From positions 38,130,001-38,194,000 of the forward strand of contig NC_083226.1 of the NCBI RefSeq assembly GCF_032191835.1: a stretch of DNA of 64,000 nt. The letters run 5' to 3'. Positions within the stretch are counted from its first letter, which is position 1; every line of letters begins with the position of its first letter. A program made the translations under genes and the position numbers. The notes under the pieces are model-generated. The model worked only from the letters and a program-made list of their open reading frames with translations. It had not been told where the DNA came from and did not search any database. Source of the stretch: Heteronotia binoei (taxonomy: Eukaryota). This document shows positions 34,344 to 47,632 of this stretch, in pieces.

Positions 34344-36199
34344 CTTCTGGTTACAGAGCTTCAAGTGATGTTGCAGTGTCACACAACACCATTTTATCAG
34401 GCCTTCATCCCCCATGTCCTATTGTTTGCTAATGCTGGGCCAGCAACCGTAGGTAGTGGTATCATCACAAAATGGCTGCCATTAAGGGTGACGCTAACAA
34501 CAAAATGACTGGATGGTGCCTGGTGCCAATCTTGGGAGTTCCAACCCAGGCTTCAAATATGGAGGCAGCTGTTTCTACATGGATGCATCCTAACGACACA
34601 AACACAATGCCTTTTGAGCTGTACTGAAGCATCTGCTTCATGAGAAAAGTAGAGGAAAGGCAGAATTGGCCTTCCCTTTGGGAAAGAAGAAAGTGAATAT
34701 TAAGAAACACATTGGTGGGCACCATAGCGCCCATGGGTCACTGGTGATGTGTCTATTGAGCCTACTTCAGCAGCATAAGTGACCGGCTGCTCTTCTGTAC
34801 TAAAAATCATAACCTTGTACATAGAACATTAGAAAAGGACACTAAAATACCTTTCCTTAACATCTATTTTATATGTGACAGCAACTTTGAAGGTGTATGA
34901 AGGAATAGCTAATCACCTATCTGCAATCTGGGTGAAGGTTGGGACAAGCATAAGTTTACTATCTCAGTGAATATGAAATCTGTCTTAGTATCTACTATTC
35001 TGTTTTTATGTATAGGTTTTTGCTTCTTTTATACTCTTTGTATTAATTTTTCTTATGCTGACAAACTGGATGATGAAGCAAGGTGAAAATACTTATCTGC
35101 CTCTATATATCCATCATCTAATGGTGGCAGATTGTGTGAAATACTGTCTGGTACAGAGACATGCCTTATGGTTCGATGTGTTTTTTTGAGAACCAGGCTC
35201 ACCACAGCATGTCCAGTGCGCAGTGACAAGCCAGGTTTTACATTTTTCAGTAGGATGCATGATACAACCTTTCTTCAAATATCATTCAATGGCGCAGCCA
35301 TCTCATTAGAAGACAGGTTGAGCAGTGCATCCCATGGAGTCTGATCAATGGTGGGGACTGAATGGCAGTATGATCGAAAGCTTTGTGTCTGTAAAATACT
35401 ATGATGGCAATCAGATAGAAAAGACCAGCTGCCAAAAGACATGCTAGAACAGGTGCTTAAGTGCACATTTGGGAACAAAATTCACCTGAGCACGAGCATG
35501 AGAAAATGAAGTGCACAAAGGATGAGGGCAGATCTGAGGAGAAGAGAGAGATGGCAAACATTCACTTTGTTTGTAGGGGGCTTGTTAGACTGTGATACTA
35601 AAAATACCAAAGGTCAGAACCAGGGCCCAGTACTGGAAGAGGGTCAATGGATCTCCTTTCTAGAAAAAGGTGGGAAAGGCAGTTGCCTGTGGCAAACATA
35701 CAAACGCTTTTTGGAACTGACACTCAGTTTGCTGGGGTGCTCCTACAATGGAGTTATGGGATTGGTCTGCTTGTGTGCACATCAAACACACACACACCCC
35801 TTATGCTCACTGCCTATTGTACAGCTCCTTTTATTCTGCTGGGTTGCTGGGATATGCCATGGCTTTTGAAAAACATGTAAATCCTACAATGGTGCTGTAA
35901 TGTTTCAACTGTCGGTTGCCATTCTGTTCTGGTGTCCGTGGGTTGTTTGTATTTTAAACCCTTAGCAACGTGCTGAAAGATCACAACATCACTTGACTAG
36001 ATTTCTCTGCCGAAGACCTCGCTGTGTAAGAATGTATAAATAAACAGACACTGTCAGAGTTCTTCTGATGAACTAATCACAGTTGGCATGTTAATTCTGC
36101 TATAAGGGTGCCTTCTATATTGGAATTTTTAAATTGCAAAGTGTCTTATTTGATACTAGCTTCAAGGGGGCTAACAAGCACACTCCTTCCTCTAGATTG

Positions 36200-36385
36200 G
36201 TGGTGGAAAGTGCTGTCAATGGCAACCCCATAGAATTTTCAAGGTGAGAGACATTCAGAGGTAGTTTGCTATTGTTTGGTTCTGCATAGCAACCAAAGAC
36301 TCCCTCAGTAGTCTCCCATCCAAGTAATAACCAGGACCAACCCTGCTTAGCTTCTGAGATCTGACAAGATTTGGTTAGCCTGGGA
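36200..36385 (-). mobile_element. 5S rRNA-derived SINE
   Basis: 'gtctcccatccaagtaataaccaggaccaaccctgcttagcttctgagatctgacaagat' is rc 5S-like and is joined to a Sauria-like tail. Confidence 0.8.
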
Positions 36386-36808
36386 TTGCACCCCTTTTAT
36401 TTCTTGAGAACATGAAGAACCACTTCATAACCAAAATCCCTGAGGTGGTTCACAAAAATAGAAACAGTACAACCAAATCAGTAAAACCCTAATTATCAAA
36501 TTTTGGATAATTCTCAATAGTCACAAGAGTATAAAAGCTGAAATCTTAATAGCAGCTATTCAAAAGAATAATCAATAAAGAGCAGGTAGAAAGAAAAGCA
36601 ACAGGTAACAGTAAAGATGTGAAAATTAATAGAGTCAGCTTAATTATTAGCTGCCTCCAAATACCTGGTCTACATCTTACCTGGTTCCAGTTTTGGAAAT
36701 GTGATTATATAGACTTCAAAAGATATAGGTTTGGGTCTTTATTACTGGCAGAGTGAAGGCCACAGAATGGGACTTCCCTACAACCCTCCTTCTACTGTAG
36801 TCCATAGA

Positions 36809-37017
36809 TAGGGTTGTAAACCTTCAGGAGTTCTCCCACAACTACAGTTGATCTCCAGATGACCAAGATCACTTCCCCCAGAGAAAATGGCTGCCTTGGA
36901 GAGTGGGTTGTATGGCATTATACCTTCTTGAGGTCCCTCTCATCCCCAAAACCACTCTTCTTCAGGTTCGACCCTCAAAGTCTCCTGGAATTTCCCATTC
37001 CAGATCTGGCAACCCTA
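36809..37017 (+). mobile_element. Short TAGGGTTGCC-family MITE
   Basis: TAGGGTTG...GGCAACCCTA termini and the recurrent core. Confidence 0.75.
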
Positions 37018-39671
37018 CTCACAGAGCTTCCAAATTCTTTTCCTGGGGAGCTATTGAGCCCTGAGGAAAAGCAGGGGAGCATAGAAATGTGCAAACAGAA
37101 GTATTGTTTCAACTGGCCTAAATACCGCTTTGTTGGCAGAGCTGAAACTAAGAATCCAAGTATATAAAAATGTGTATGTTTCTGTGTATATATGTACCTT
37201 TTAAAATGCTGTATTTTATGGAAATACATGACACATCCAGTTACAACATATCATGCGCTCCACTAAAATGGTCCTTGCCTTTTCCAGGCGATTGCATATG
37301 AGGGGATATTGATCATGATGCTTCTACAAACAAATATGCTCTAAAACAACCACCTTTTAAATGAAACAAAATTAGTTTTTATAAATATGTTGATGATAAA
37401 GGGAGCATATTGTGTTATGAAGATTATCTTCCTTTATTTACATACTTATTGTGCATAGCCAATGTCCTTCTTCAGGCCAAACTATCCTATGAGATCCATA
37501 ATTTTAATTTTTTGCTTTGTTTCTGAAGACTTCAAGGAAGCTTCAGGGAAGGAGAAAATTGATTCAGGGCTGAAGTACAGGGGGAAGGTGTTTAAGCCTT
37601 GGCCTCATGCTGTTCCTCTCAATGAAATTGCCCCCTGAAGCTACTAGTGCCCATGGTGGGGAAAACAACTTCCTTTTACTCTGCATATCCTCCAAAATTT
37701 TGAAGAAGTGTGCATGAAAGCTTATATCTTGAATAAAACTTTGTTGGTCTTATAGGTGCCATTGGATTCAAACTTTGTTCTTTCCTTCAAAAAGTATGAG
37801 AATTTCTTGATTCCTTTGGAGCTGCCCTCACTTAATGGTAAGGTACATGGCTCAAGTACAGAAAGATGTGACCAGGAACCCTTGGTGCATCCTGTTACAA
37901 GAATCACGGTAGCTCAAGGGCTACCAACCTCCAGTTGGAGGCTGAAGCTCTCCTGCAATTATAACTGATCTACCCAGATCAGTTCCCATGGAGGGACTGG
38001 GAGTTTTGGAGGACAGACTTGATGGCATATCCCGGTTGAGCTCCTTTCCCTCCCTTACCAGGCAATACTCCCAAGTCTCTAGGAATTTCCCAATATTGAA
38101 ACTTTGGAGAGTCAACTGAAGTCAAATAGTGGGCTAGTTAGACCATTTGCCAGATTCAATGTTTCCAATGGGAGATAAATGGCAAAAGTCTGCTTTGGCA
38201 TTATTGTTTGAGCAATTGCCTCATTTTATATAGAAGGGATGTGCCTAGAGTGGGAGGAATTTGAGCAGTCCCCCAACAATCTCTTGTGCCTGTTGATAGA
38301 AGAACAATACAACCTGCTGTCATAGAGTTGTCTGTGACAACTATACAATCTTATTGAATTCTTCATGGTTTCATTTTTTCCCAAGGGAATACTGTTTCTG
38401 TGCAGTGAGCCACAACTTTCAGTTCCTTCATAGGCACCTTTTGTGTAATCAGAATGGACACGTGCATTGGTAAAATAGGATCCAAACAATTTATGCTATG
38501 ATTGCAATGCAGTTGTATAAAAATACTCTGTGTGTGGTATTTTTAACCAATGCACATGAACATTCAGTACCAGACAAAAGTCAGTGCAAACATAAATATT
38601 ATCATGTAGTAGCAGATATATTCATAAAATTAATACATTGTTTTAGAAATTTATGTGGAGTTCTTTATCACCTCGGATCTCTTTAAAGAGGATGCAATTT
38701 CCAATTCAGTGAAGAAGGATTTGATTTTCCTGATCTTAGTTCGTATCATCACCAGGCATACTTGTTAGCTTGTACTGCTAATTATTGGGATCCCTCCTTA
38801 CAATTGTACTATCCATCTTGGACTCTTCTGGAGGCATCTTGTCTGGTGCCCCTCTCTAAGTGGAATATATTAGGGTCTACATATGCAGTTTTTGCAGTTA
38901 AGAAACAACGGCCCATAAATGTCACAACAATATCAATTTGATACATTTTCACATGCTAAATTAACATCATGGGCCAATCCAGACCTAAAAAATGGGAATA
39001 AATCTTTTGTATGGAAGGCTTGAACTAATAGGAGGTTTTTACATTGGACTGACTGATAGACTATGATGATGAGTTTTCGTCATTTCTTCAGCAACTTCTG
39101 TTAATTGGCAATAATTACAATTGCAACATCTGTTGGTATCTAAATGTAACCCTGTGGCATTAAGTATCTCCTTAAAAGTCCCTTTTTCTCTTAGAAACTC
39201 TAATTGAAGTGATGCAGAAAACAAAACTTACATTTTAAAAATAAATATTTGGTGTTGATTAATAAATATGAAATGAATTCTCAGAAATGAATGAAACAAG
39301 GAGCTAGATCACCCCTATTTTGTCAAAGCAATGGAATGTGGTTTTAAAATTTGTACTTGCTCTCTCTATAGTTCCTGTTGTGACTTACTGAGCAAAAAAA
39401 TTATGCTTAGGATATACTTAACACCACAGACCCTCTTAAGCAAAATATTAAGTGTCTAATTGTTGGCATCATAACTCGCAGGACATGTCCCTTAGACATA
39501 TGCTTTGGGTCCCTTTTGCTTTTTCTGGGAAGAAGTGATGACTGATATCAATTTTGTATTAGAACATTCAGTTTTGAGGATGCTTAACTAAGTTTTAGCT
39601 ATCTGCCCATCTCTTGGGGGCTAACTGATGATCAACAAAATGAACCCTCTGTGCCCTCACTACATCTAAAA

Positions 39672-39968
39672 GACTTGGCACAGAGTGGTAAAGCTGCAGT
39701 ACTGCAGTCGGAGCCCTCTGCTCACAACCTGAGTTCGATCCCAGTGGAAGCTGGTTCAGGTAGCCAACTCCAGGTTGACTCAGCCTTCCATCCTTCCAAG
39801 GTTGGTAAAATGAGTACCCAGCTTGCTGGGGGGGGGGGGAGTGTAGATGACTGGGGAAGGCAATGGCAAACCACCCCGTAGAAAGTCTGTCGTGAAAATG
39901 TTGTGAAAGCAATGTCACCCCAGAGTCGAAAATGACTGGTGCTTGCAAAAGGGACTATCTTTACCTTT
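39672..39968 (+). mobile_element. Sauria SINE
   Basis: tRNA-like head, central 'caggttgactcagccttccatccttccaaggttggtaaaatgagtacc', and BovB-like tail 'ggaaggcaatggcaaaccacccc'. Confidence 0.85.
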
Positions 39969-41829
39969 TTTATTACAACATTGGATAAATAAATGCCCAT
40001 GTCCAGTAAATCAATGGAGTGAGGACCTTAGAACTCTTAGTATTTGAATGCATAAAATCAACTTATGTCTAGATCTGTTACAACTGTTGTTACATTTTTG
40101 TCTCTACTTTATATATACCTTATTTGTTTGTTTTATTTACTTGCTGGATTTTGAGTCCCCCCCCCCACCAATTTAAAAAGATTTTTTGTCTATTAGGTTA
40201 ATGATACTACTTTTCCTTTTTGAAATTCCTTTATCAATGCAGCATACACTGTAACATAAGCGGGAAGTATAAAACAAAAGAAAGATCTGGGAGCAACAAC
40301 AAACTGGGAATTATCCAGTTCTGGATTAATGTTATAAATGTTACTTGTTAAACCAGAATTAAGATGGTGTGAAATGAAGCACAGAGTGAAACCTTGTAAC
40401 AGTAAAGAAACTAAACAGGGGAATTCTGCTCATCCCAACTCATACGTCATTCCTGTGAGTGAAGCAGGTCACCCAAGTATAAGTATGACCCAGTTCCTAC
40501 AGTACAGTCCTTACATACGTGTACATAACAGCCTTGTACATCTATCAAAGTCAGTGGCCTCAGGAGAGTGTAAACCTTCTTAGGGTGGCACTATTAGGCC
40601 CTTAGGCTTTCTATATTTAAATACCTCTGTGATGGGGGTAACAACATTAAAATACAAACTGGGATCCCAGTGGTGTTTTGTCAATTGAATCAAATCTTAA
40701 TGAAAGTTCCCAACTATTCCTCAAAGAGTATTCAATAATCTGAAGACAGAATGTTGTTAAAAACCAGGAGAAAATACAATGAAAAAACAAACAAACAGGG
40801 TTTGTTAAGATATTTTCTTGACAGTAGATCTGCAAAAGTCTACACAGGGCAATCTCAAATCTCCTAATAATACACCTTCAACACAACAAAACAGAGATGA
40901 TTGACAGTTCCTATTTAGTAATTTCCAATGTCATTTTAGTACGGGAAAATGTTACCACTCATCTCACTTTGGTTGGTGCTCCTTACTGTTCAGATTCTTA
41001 TTATGTGCCAATGGAAATTAAGACCAGGGAAGGAAGCACTCCCCCCTGCCTCCATTTTTAACTAAAAATCATTCCAGGGATATTCCTGGAGATAAAATAT
41101 ACAGTATTAACCATGTTTACTCTCCTCTAGTAGTGCTCAATTAGATGATTGCTGTGTTTGTTTTCCCTCATAAAATATAAAGGTATAATCATATCAGTGG
41201 TTTCTCTTTTCTTCTGTTTGGGAAGGAGCCCCTGTGAAAACTTCTGCTTTGACTCCCTGACAATAGATTATTTGTGGGAACGGCAAAGAAAAAAGGCAAC
41301 AGCTGGTAGCTATCCCCCCACCCCCCCATTCTGCTCATGTTTACCAAACAAGCAGTGTCTAGCAAAACACGGGAGTCTTTATAGGGGAGATGGGATGTTA
41401 TGTTCTAAACCTACCTGAGTTGTGCAGCCTCATGGTACAGGGTCCCAATCCATTCTTTGTCTCGTAATACTATTGTAGAAATGTGGGGGCATTTGCAAAT
41501 AAGAATCAGGAAGTGCAAGAGTTAGGTTCTGCCACTAGGGTCTTCCATTTAATAATTCCATGTGTTACCAAATTACACTAATATTCAATTCATTCCATTT
41601 TTTAAAAAAGTCATTTCAGTCTCTTTTGTTTTTAACTTTCACTGTATATTTTTGGTATCACAAATTCACAATAAATATTGTTTCCATTCCAAAATACAAA
41701 TTACAGCAATCACCAGCCTGCTAAAACACACCATGTTGATTGCAACTAGTTGCTGTCAATTTCAAGTAATCCAAGTGAAGCCAAAGATAACTTGTCAATT
41801 TCATTCATTCATATTTGTGACTAACAATC

Positions 41830-42035
41830 AATGTTCCCTCTAAACTGAGTTAGCATGAGCTAGCTCACAGTATTTTAGCCTCCAGCTCACACATTTTTTG
41901 TTTTAGCTCAGGAAGGATAGCCTCAGAGCAAATTAATTTATGAAGAAGCCAAATCTCTCACTCACAATTTTAATGCCATTAGCTCATGAAGTAGAATTGT
42001 TGCTCACAATACCCCATAGCTTAGAGGGAGTATTG
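41830..42035 (+). mobile_element. CAGTGTTCCCTCTAA-type MITE
   Basis: Inverted termini 'caatgttccctctaa' / 'ttagagggagtattg'. Confidence 0.78.
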
Positions 42036-42478
42036 GTGACAACATGCACCCAGGTTCAAAAGCATGTTTCTATTAAAGAATCTTCTTCTGGTCGCAATTA
42101 ATATAGGAACCAGTGGTCTTTGCAATTGCTCTCACATTACAATCTGTTCATACATTTTCCATGGCACAAAAGGTTCTCATGGCAAATGCCCGCTTCCCAC
42201 CCCATTCACTCATATTTTTTATGTCCCCTTGCCAGGTGGATTCTGAGTTAAAAATATATGTGGTTATGAGATGAGGGCTGGTTCATAAGAGAATTTTCAG
42301 GAGATAATCTGGGAGCCCAAAAAGAGTTGTAACATCCTGTTGCTTTTCACTGAATCTTATTAATTGGGCCCTGCTCTCTGGTTTGAGAACATGCAATTGC
42401 TGAGATAATTCCAAGCACAGCCCAGAGTTTGAAGCTATGAGTTAATGTCAATGTGCTCAGAGTCTGAAGTGTATGTAG

Positions 42479-42701
42479 CAGGGCTTGCTTTTTCCCCTCC
42501 CCCCCCCTTTTTAGCAGGAATGCACAGAAATTCAGTTCTGGCTGGTTTGGCATCAAGGGGTGTGGCCTAATATGCAAATGAGTTCCTGCTGGGCTTTTCC
42601 CACAAAAAGCTCTGTGTGAAACAATGGTGATGCCAGGGTGTGTGGCCTAATAGGCAAATGAGTCCTCGCTGGGCTTTTTCTACAAAAAAAAAGAAGCCCT
42701 G
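42479..42701 (+). mobile_element. hAT-type MITE carrying an octamer motif
   Basis: CAGGGCTT...AAGCCCTG termini. Flanks GTATGTAG / GTATATAG match at 7/8 positions. ATGCAAAT at 42572-42579. Confidence 0.8.
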
Positions 42702-42789
42702 GTATATAGTCACTTTTCAGTCAGATCATTGGCGAAACTGCTGATTAGGGAATGAGTCCAGGTCCTTACTTTCTTAATCAGATATTTCA

Positions 42790-42975
42790 GAGGATAGCTG
42801 TGTTGTGTGCCATAGAACAGCTAGAATTGGGTCCAGTAGCATCTTGCAGACTAACGTTTTCAGGCATAATCTTTTGAGAGTCTAAGTCCCTTCTCATGAA
42901 GGGAGTTTTGAACCTTGAAAGCTTATACCCTGAAAAACTTTGTGGGTCTCTTAGGGGCTACTGGACTCAAATCTA
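42790..42975. mobile_element. Penelope-like inverted terminal fragment
   Basis: Inverted pair 'gtccagtagcatctt...' / '...gctactggactc' with 'aaagcttataccctgaaaa'. Family assignment is from recall of squamate Penelope ends. Confidence 0.5.
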
Positions 42976-43931
42976 GATAAAGATGAATTACCCAGATCAG
43001 TTACTATGTCAAGCCTGTTGCATGTAGATTGGCTTCTGCACATGGAAAACCTCATGCTAGTTCTCCAGGATGATTATTTGGGACAGATCCTTTCTGTTGT
43101 ATACACAGATTCCTTTCTAGAACAATACTCTTGGAACGATGAGACGAGAGAGAGAATCTCAAACAAGTAAATCCTTATTCCCCTAACAAGACGTAACACT
43201 AGGAAATGAAATGCAAGGGGGAAAGCAAAAGCATAAAACAACGCTTAAATACAGCAACACAGTCCTAGCAACGCTACCCTCGGTTGTTGTTTCCTAATCA
43301 GGGTACAAATAGGGAGTCGAGGGGAAGGTGGTACGTATCCTGTCCTGGAGATAACAGGATGTTGTGCTGTGGTCTGGGGAGAAGAAGGAAAAGCTGATCC
43401 TGGGCTGGGGAGGGGGGAGAGCCAAAACTGGATCCCAGTAGGGGCAGAGGTTCATAAGTGTAAGTATTCATTGATTCAGCAGGTCAGCTGCAGAGCTGAA
43501 GAAGTTGGTACTGAACCAGTTACAAAGTTGGGGAGGTTTGAAAGGAGGAGATGCAGGAGGATGCAAGAGGGATATGGAAATGGGCATGAGGGAGCTTCTG
43601 GAGGTTTGTAAATAAGAGGCTTTTAATCAGTGTCCTCTTTAGAGCATTCCAGCAGGTGGGCTACTTCCAGGGAAATTCCTGCTACTTCAGGGGTCCTTAC
43701 TTTTCTATCTACCTGAATAATATATCCAGACCTCTGGCAGTGAATCCAGAGGGTCTTTCTTGGGGTGAGCAGATATAAAGGTCCCTGTGCAGGGGGTTCA
43801 TTAGCAACAGATGATTAGAGCTCTTGCAGAATATTAACAGCTCCACCCCATGGTTTGAAAGACCTTGCTGAAGCATTACTGAAGCCAAGCAGCTCTGAGT
43901 CAAGTCAATGCCTGGGAACTCTGAGAACTCT

Positions 43932-44149
43932 GGGGAGGGACGGTGGCTCAGTGGTAGAGCATCTGCTTGGGAAGCAGAAGGTCCCAGGTTCAATCCCTGG
44001 CATCTCCAAAAAAGAGTACAGGCAAATAGGTGTGAAAAACCTCTGCTTGAGACCCTGGAGAGCCGCTGCCAGTCTGAGAAGACAATACTGACTTTGATGG
44101 ACCAAGGGTCTGATTCAGTATAAGGCAGCTTCATATGTTCATATGTTCA
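43932..44149 (+). mobile_element. tRNA-derived SINE with CR1-like tail
   Basis: Intact A/B boxes and a (CATATGTT)n tail. Near-identical to 13954-14162. Confidence 0.9.
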
Positions 44150-45809
44150 ACATCATGCTAAACACTGTGGGGGGAAAGGCAGGATAAAATGCAATACAGC
44201 TGGTGTGCAGCTCAAGCTATTAGAATGGACCAGAAGCAGGGCACAGCATTCATTTGCATTCTATCTGTCTCTCCAGTCTGTCATCTTCTTCCAAGAAACT
44301 CAGAGCATAATGCATTATTCCCCTTTCTTCTTCACAACAATCATAGGCTAGGTAGGCTAAGTTAAGAGATAGTAACTGGGCTAAAGTCACCCAGCAAACT
44401 CCACAACTGAGTGGAGATCTAAAGCCAGGCCTTCCTTTTATACCACACTGGCTCTCACTAGAGTTAGCCAGACAAAGGCATTTATTTTGCACTTTTCTAC
44501 ATAGCCAGGCTATTATCTATGGATACCTGTACTGTTGGGTTGGTTGATGGGGAAGATCATGCTGCTGGATATGAGGCAGAAAAGAAAGGTGAGAGATATA
44601 GATATCAAGAATATAATAGCTTTCCCTAGATGCCTAAAAATCTTAAACTTGAACAGTTTCTTGTACTTAAAAGGTTAATATTGTATTACAGCATTAATAC
44701 ATGTTAATATTGGCCTCAGAATGAACAAAATCCAATGCAGGACAAAGAGTATCTTTGCATAACAAGACATCCTGCTTACCTTTATATAGGATTAAAAATT
44801 GCACATTTATTGCACATTTAAAGATGTAGAGTCCCTTAGCTGTTTGTGTAAAATATGATTCATCATCCTGTCCACGGATTATGAAAGGTGTTTTAAATGC
44901 ATCCAACCATTTTCTTCCTCCATTTGCAATGTACTTTATTGGAAAGGGAAAGTAATGGAGTGTATGCAGTGGGGAGGCACCCAGCAGGATGGAAAGGCAG
45001 TATTCAGCCCGTGAAACCAACAGAGTGGATATTTTATTCAATATAAGGCAGAAAATTTAATTGGTTTTTCAACTTAATAAAAAGGAAATAAAAATTATGA
45101 TCCAGATCCCCCCAAATCATCATGCAGCAAACTTTTGGCTCATAAAAATAACTGTAAGGATAACATGAAATATATATATTTTTAAAAGTGCCCAGTGAAA
45201 TGATTCGCAATGCGGTTCCAGTTTAAAGGCACGTCCCCTGCAGCTTGCTTTGTGATTTAATGCAGACAAATTAGTCAGTGTGTGACCAATCCTATGGCTT
45301 CTTTTGGAAACTTAAAATGTGGCTCATTTGAAAGTCTCCTCCTGGGTTTCTTATCTAAAGACTGCAGCTCAACCCAATTAGGTGGATTGTACAAGACTGT
45401 GCAGATGTACACCTCGTTTTTCTTCATTTCCACCACAACAGTTCCTGCTTCACATTTGACGCACACCACTTACATAGGAACTAGTGCTGATATTTTAAAA
45501 CATATTAGCCTGTACAATAGACACTAGGACACTTTCTTTTCAGAAGTTACTCCCAAAGCATTGTAGGTGGGAGAGCTCAGAAGCCCTGCTCTGTTAGGAG
45601 CTGAAGTATGAAGCTGGTCGTGTTTGTGAGGTACTCCAGAGTCAGGCCAAAGTTCAAATAGCTGGTGGGATAGGATTGGGTTGCGGGGGGTGGGGGAGAG
45701 AAAAAACAGTTCACCAGGGCACAAAATCAGGGCTGGGTTGGGACAGGATCCATGGGAAAAAATTGAAAACTTGAGCAAGAGCAAGAGCAAGGGCAAGGTC
45801 TGATAGAGA

Positions 45810-46040
45810 TACTAGCCTCCAGTGGAACCTGAGAATCTCCTAGAATTACAGCTCCTTTCCAGATTACAGAGATCAATTCCCCTGGAGAAAATGGATGCTT
45901 TGGAGAGTGGACTCCATGGCGTTGTGCCCTGCTGAAGTCCCTGTCCTCCCCAGGCTCTACCCCCAAATCTCCAGGAGTTTCCCAACCTGGATCTGGCAAC
46001 CCAACTCCTGCTAGTGGCCAGAAAGGACCTGGCAACCCTA
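45810..46040 (+). mobile_element. Short TAGGGTTGCC-family MITE
   Basis: Recurrent core with two consecutive GGCAACCC termini. Confidence 0.7.
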
Positions 46041-46914
46041 GAGTTTGGCATCTAAACAATGGATCATGCCATGGTGCAGCATCCAAAATTTAGCAAGGAC
46101 CAAGAATGACAGGCTAGTAGAGTCTGTCTCCTCACCACCCCAACAAGTTGTTCAGAGTGGAGATTTCAGTCTGTTGGTAGCAGCTTTGTTGTACCTCTAA
46201 GGCAGATCATACTGGGTACTCTATTCAGTTGTTCTCAGGTCTTGTTGAGATTTCCTCCAGTCTAAGCACAGTTCCTCTGTTGTTGGCCATTTTAAGAGTG
46301 GTGTTGTGGGCTGGAGAAGACTGAGCCATCAGCTCTCTCTTTCTCCTAGGCTGCACACAGAACAAGGCCTTGAATGACATTCCACTTGGTAGTTTGCTGG
46401 TTCCAGGTTTCAAGAGGCCCTGGGCAGAGAGTGCTGTGGCCCATTTCTCCCCATCACCAGCCCCTCTCATTGCCTCTCTTTTCACTCATCCACCTGTGTG
46501 TGTTGTCAGCTGACTTGTGAATCCTTTCCCTTCTTACAAGTCTTTGCACCACTTGCATTCACAGCTTCCTGCAGCACATTCATGCCCTTTACCCTCACAG
46601 CACTGACTGGTGTGGACAACTGATGCTGCTGCTGCCATGTATCACCTGCATGCACTTCCCCTTTAACGCCAGAAACCTGGGAGCATGGGAGATGGTTTGT
46701 TTGCAAGCAAATTGGCAGGGAAAGGCACATGGATAGGTGGCAGCAGGGGAGATAAACAGGTGGAAGGTCTGTGCCCCACCAGAAACCCTGGGGACCCTAG
46801 GACTGCCAGCTTCCAGGTGGGGTCTGGAGATCTCCAGCTTTTACATCTGATCTCCTGCTGGCAGAGATCAGCTCCCCTCGATCAAATGGCTGCTTTGAAG
46901 GGTGAACTCTATGG

Positions 46915-47081
46915 CAGGGGTGGCCAACGGTAGCTCTCCAGATGTTTTTTGCCTACAACTCCCATCAGCCCCAGCCAGCATGGCCAATTGTTGGCTGATG
47001 GGAGTTGTAGGCAAAAACATCTGTTGGCTGATGGGAGTTGTAGGCAAAAAACATCTGGAGAGCTACCGTTGGCCACCCCTG
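46915..47081. mobile_element. Palindromic hAT-type MITE with perfect TSD and internal duplication
   Basis: TIR CAGGGGTGGCCAACGGTAGCTCTCCAGATGTTTTT. TSD CTCTATGG (46907-46914 and 47082-47089). Inserted in another MITE core. Confidence 0.92.
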
Positions 47082-47613
47082 CTCTATGGCAAAATCCAAA
47101 GATCCAAAGGACCATGTAGAATAAGTGCCTCGTGATGCAATCCTGTGTACCCTTACCAGAGAGTGTGCCTCACTGAATGCAGTGGTGCAGAGTCTGTGGG
47201 AATCCAAAGATAATTTTAGTCAGTGGCTTTTATTTTTCATTACTCCATAGAGCCTTTGCAGTCAAGGCAAGTAGTTGGGGGAGTGGGGTGGGGGGGTGGG
47301 GGACACAACCAGAAAATAAATCACATATTAATAATTGGAAAAGCTGATGATAAAAATATCAAGGAAAAGAGGGATGGGCGAAATGAAAATGCCAACACAA
47401 CACTAAGTAAATTGGATTTAGAATAAGGTTCTGCTATTTGAAGTGAAACAAAATTTGCAGTCTCTGTGAGCAAAGTATGTGTATATTTATGTCGGTACGC
47501 CTGTATGGATGTATTTTTAAACATCCCTGTGTTTTCCCTGTGACCTGCTGCTGGTCCTACGCAGGCACAAATGCTTTTCAACTACCTTCCTTGCTTTTTC
47601 CTTTGTTCTCCAG

Positions 47614-47632
47614 TGCTGTTGTCTGTGCAGAG
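47614..47632 (+). other. Candidate 19-nt microexon
   Basis: Long polypyrimidine tract 'ccttccttgctttttcctttgttctccAG|TGCTGTTGTCTGTGCAGAG|GTGAGA'. Confidence 0.3.

Noticed and set aside
36300-36385. 5S rRNA gene (also near 3110-3200 and 16125-16180)
   Set aside because: Partial, diverged and fused to a retroposon tail; these are SINE heads.
43140-43930. Solo LTR (similar-looking stretches at about 16750-17170, 21560-21780 and 50720-51180)
   Set aside because: The composition is LTR-like, but I could not define TG...CA termini or a TSD.
43932-44005. tRNA gene (also at 14090-14162, 55113 and 59402)
   Set aside because: A/B boxes are present, but each continues into a shared SINE body and tail, and no full cloverleaf is evident.
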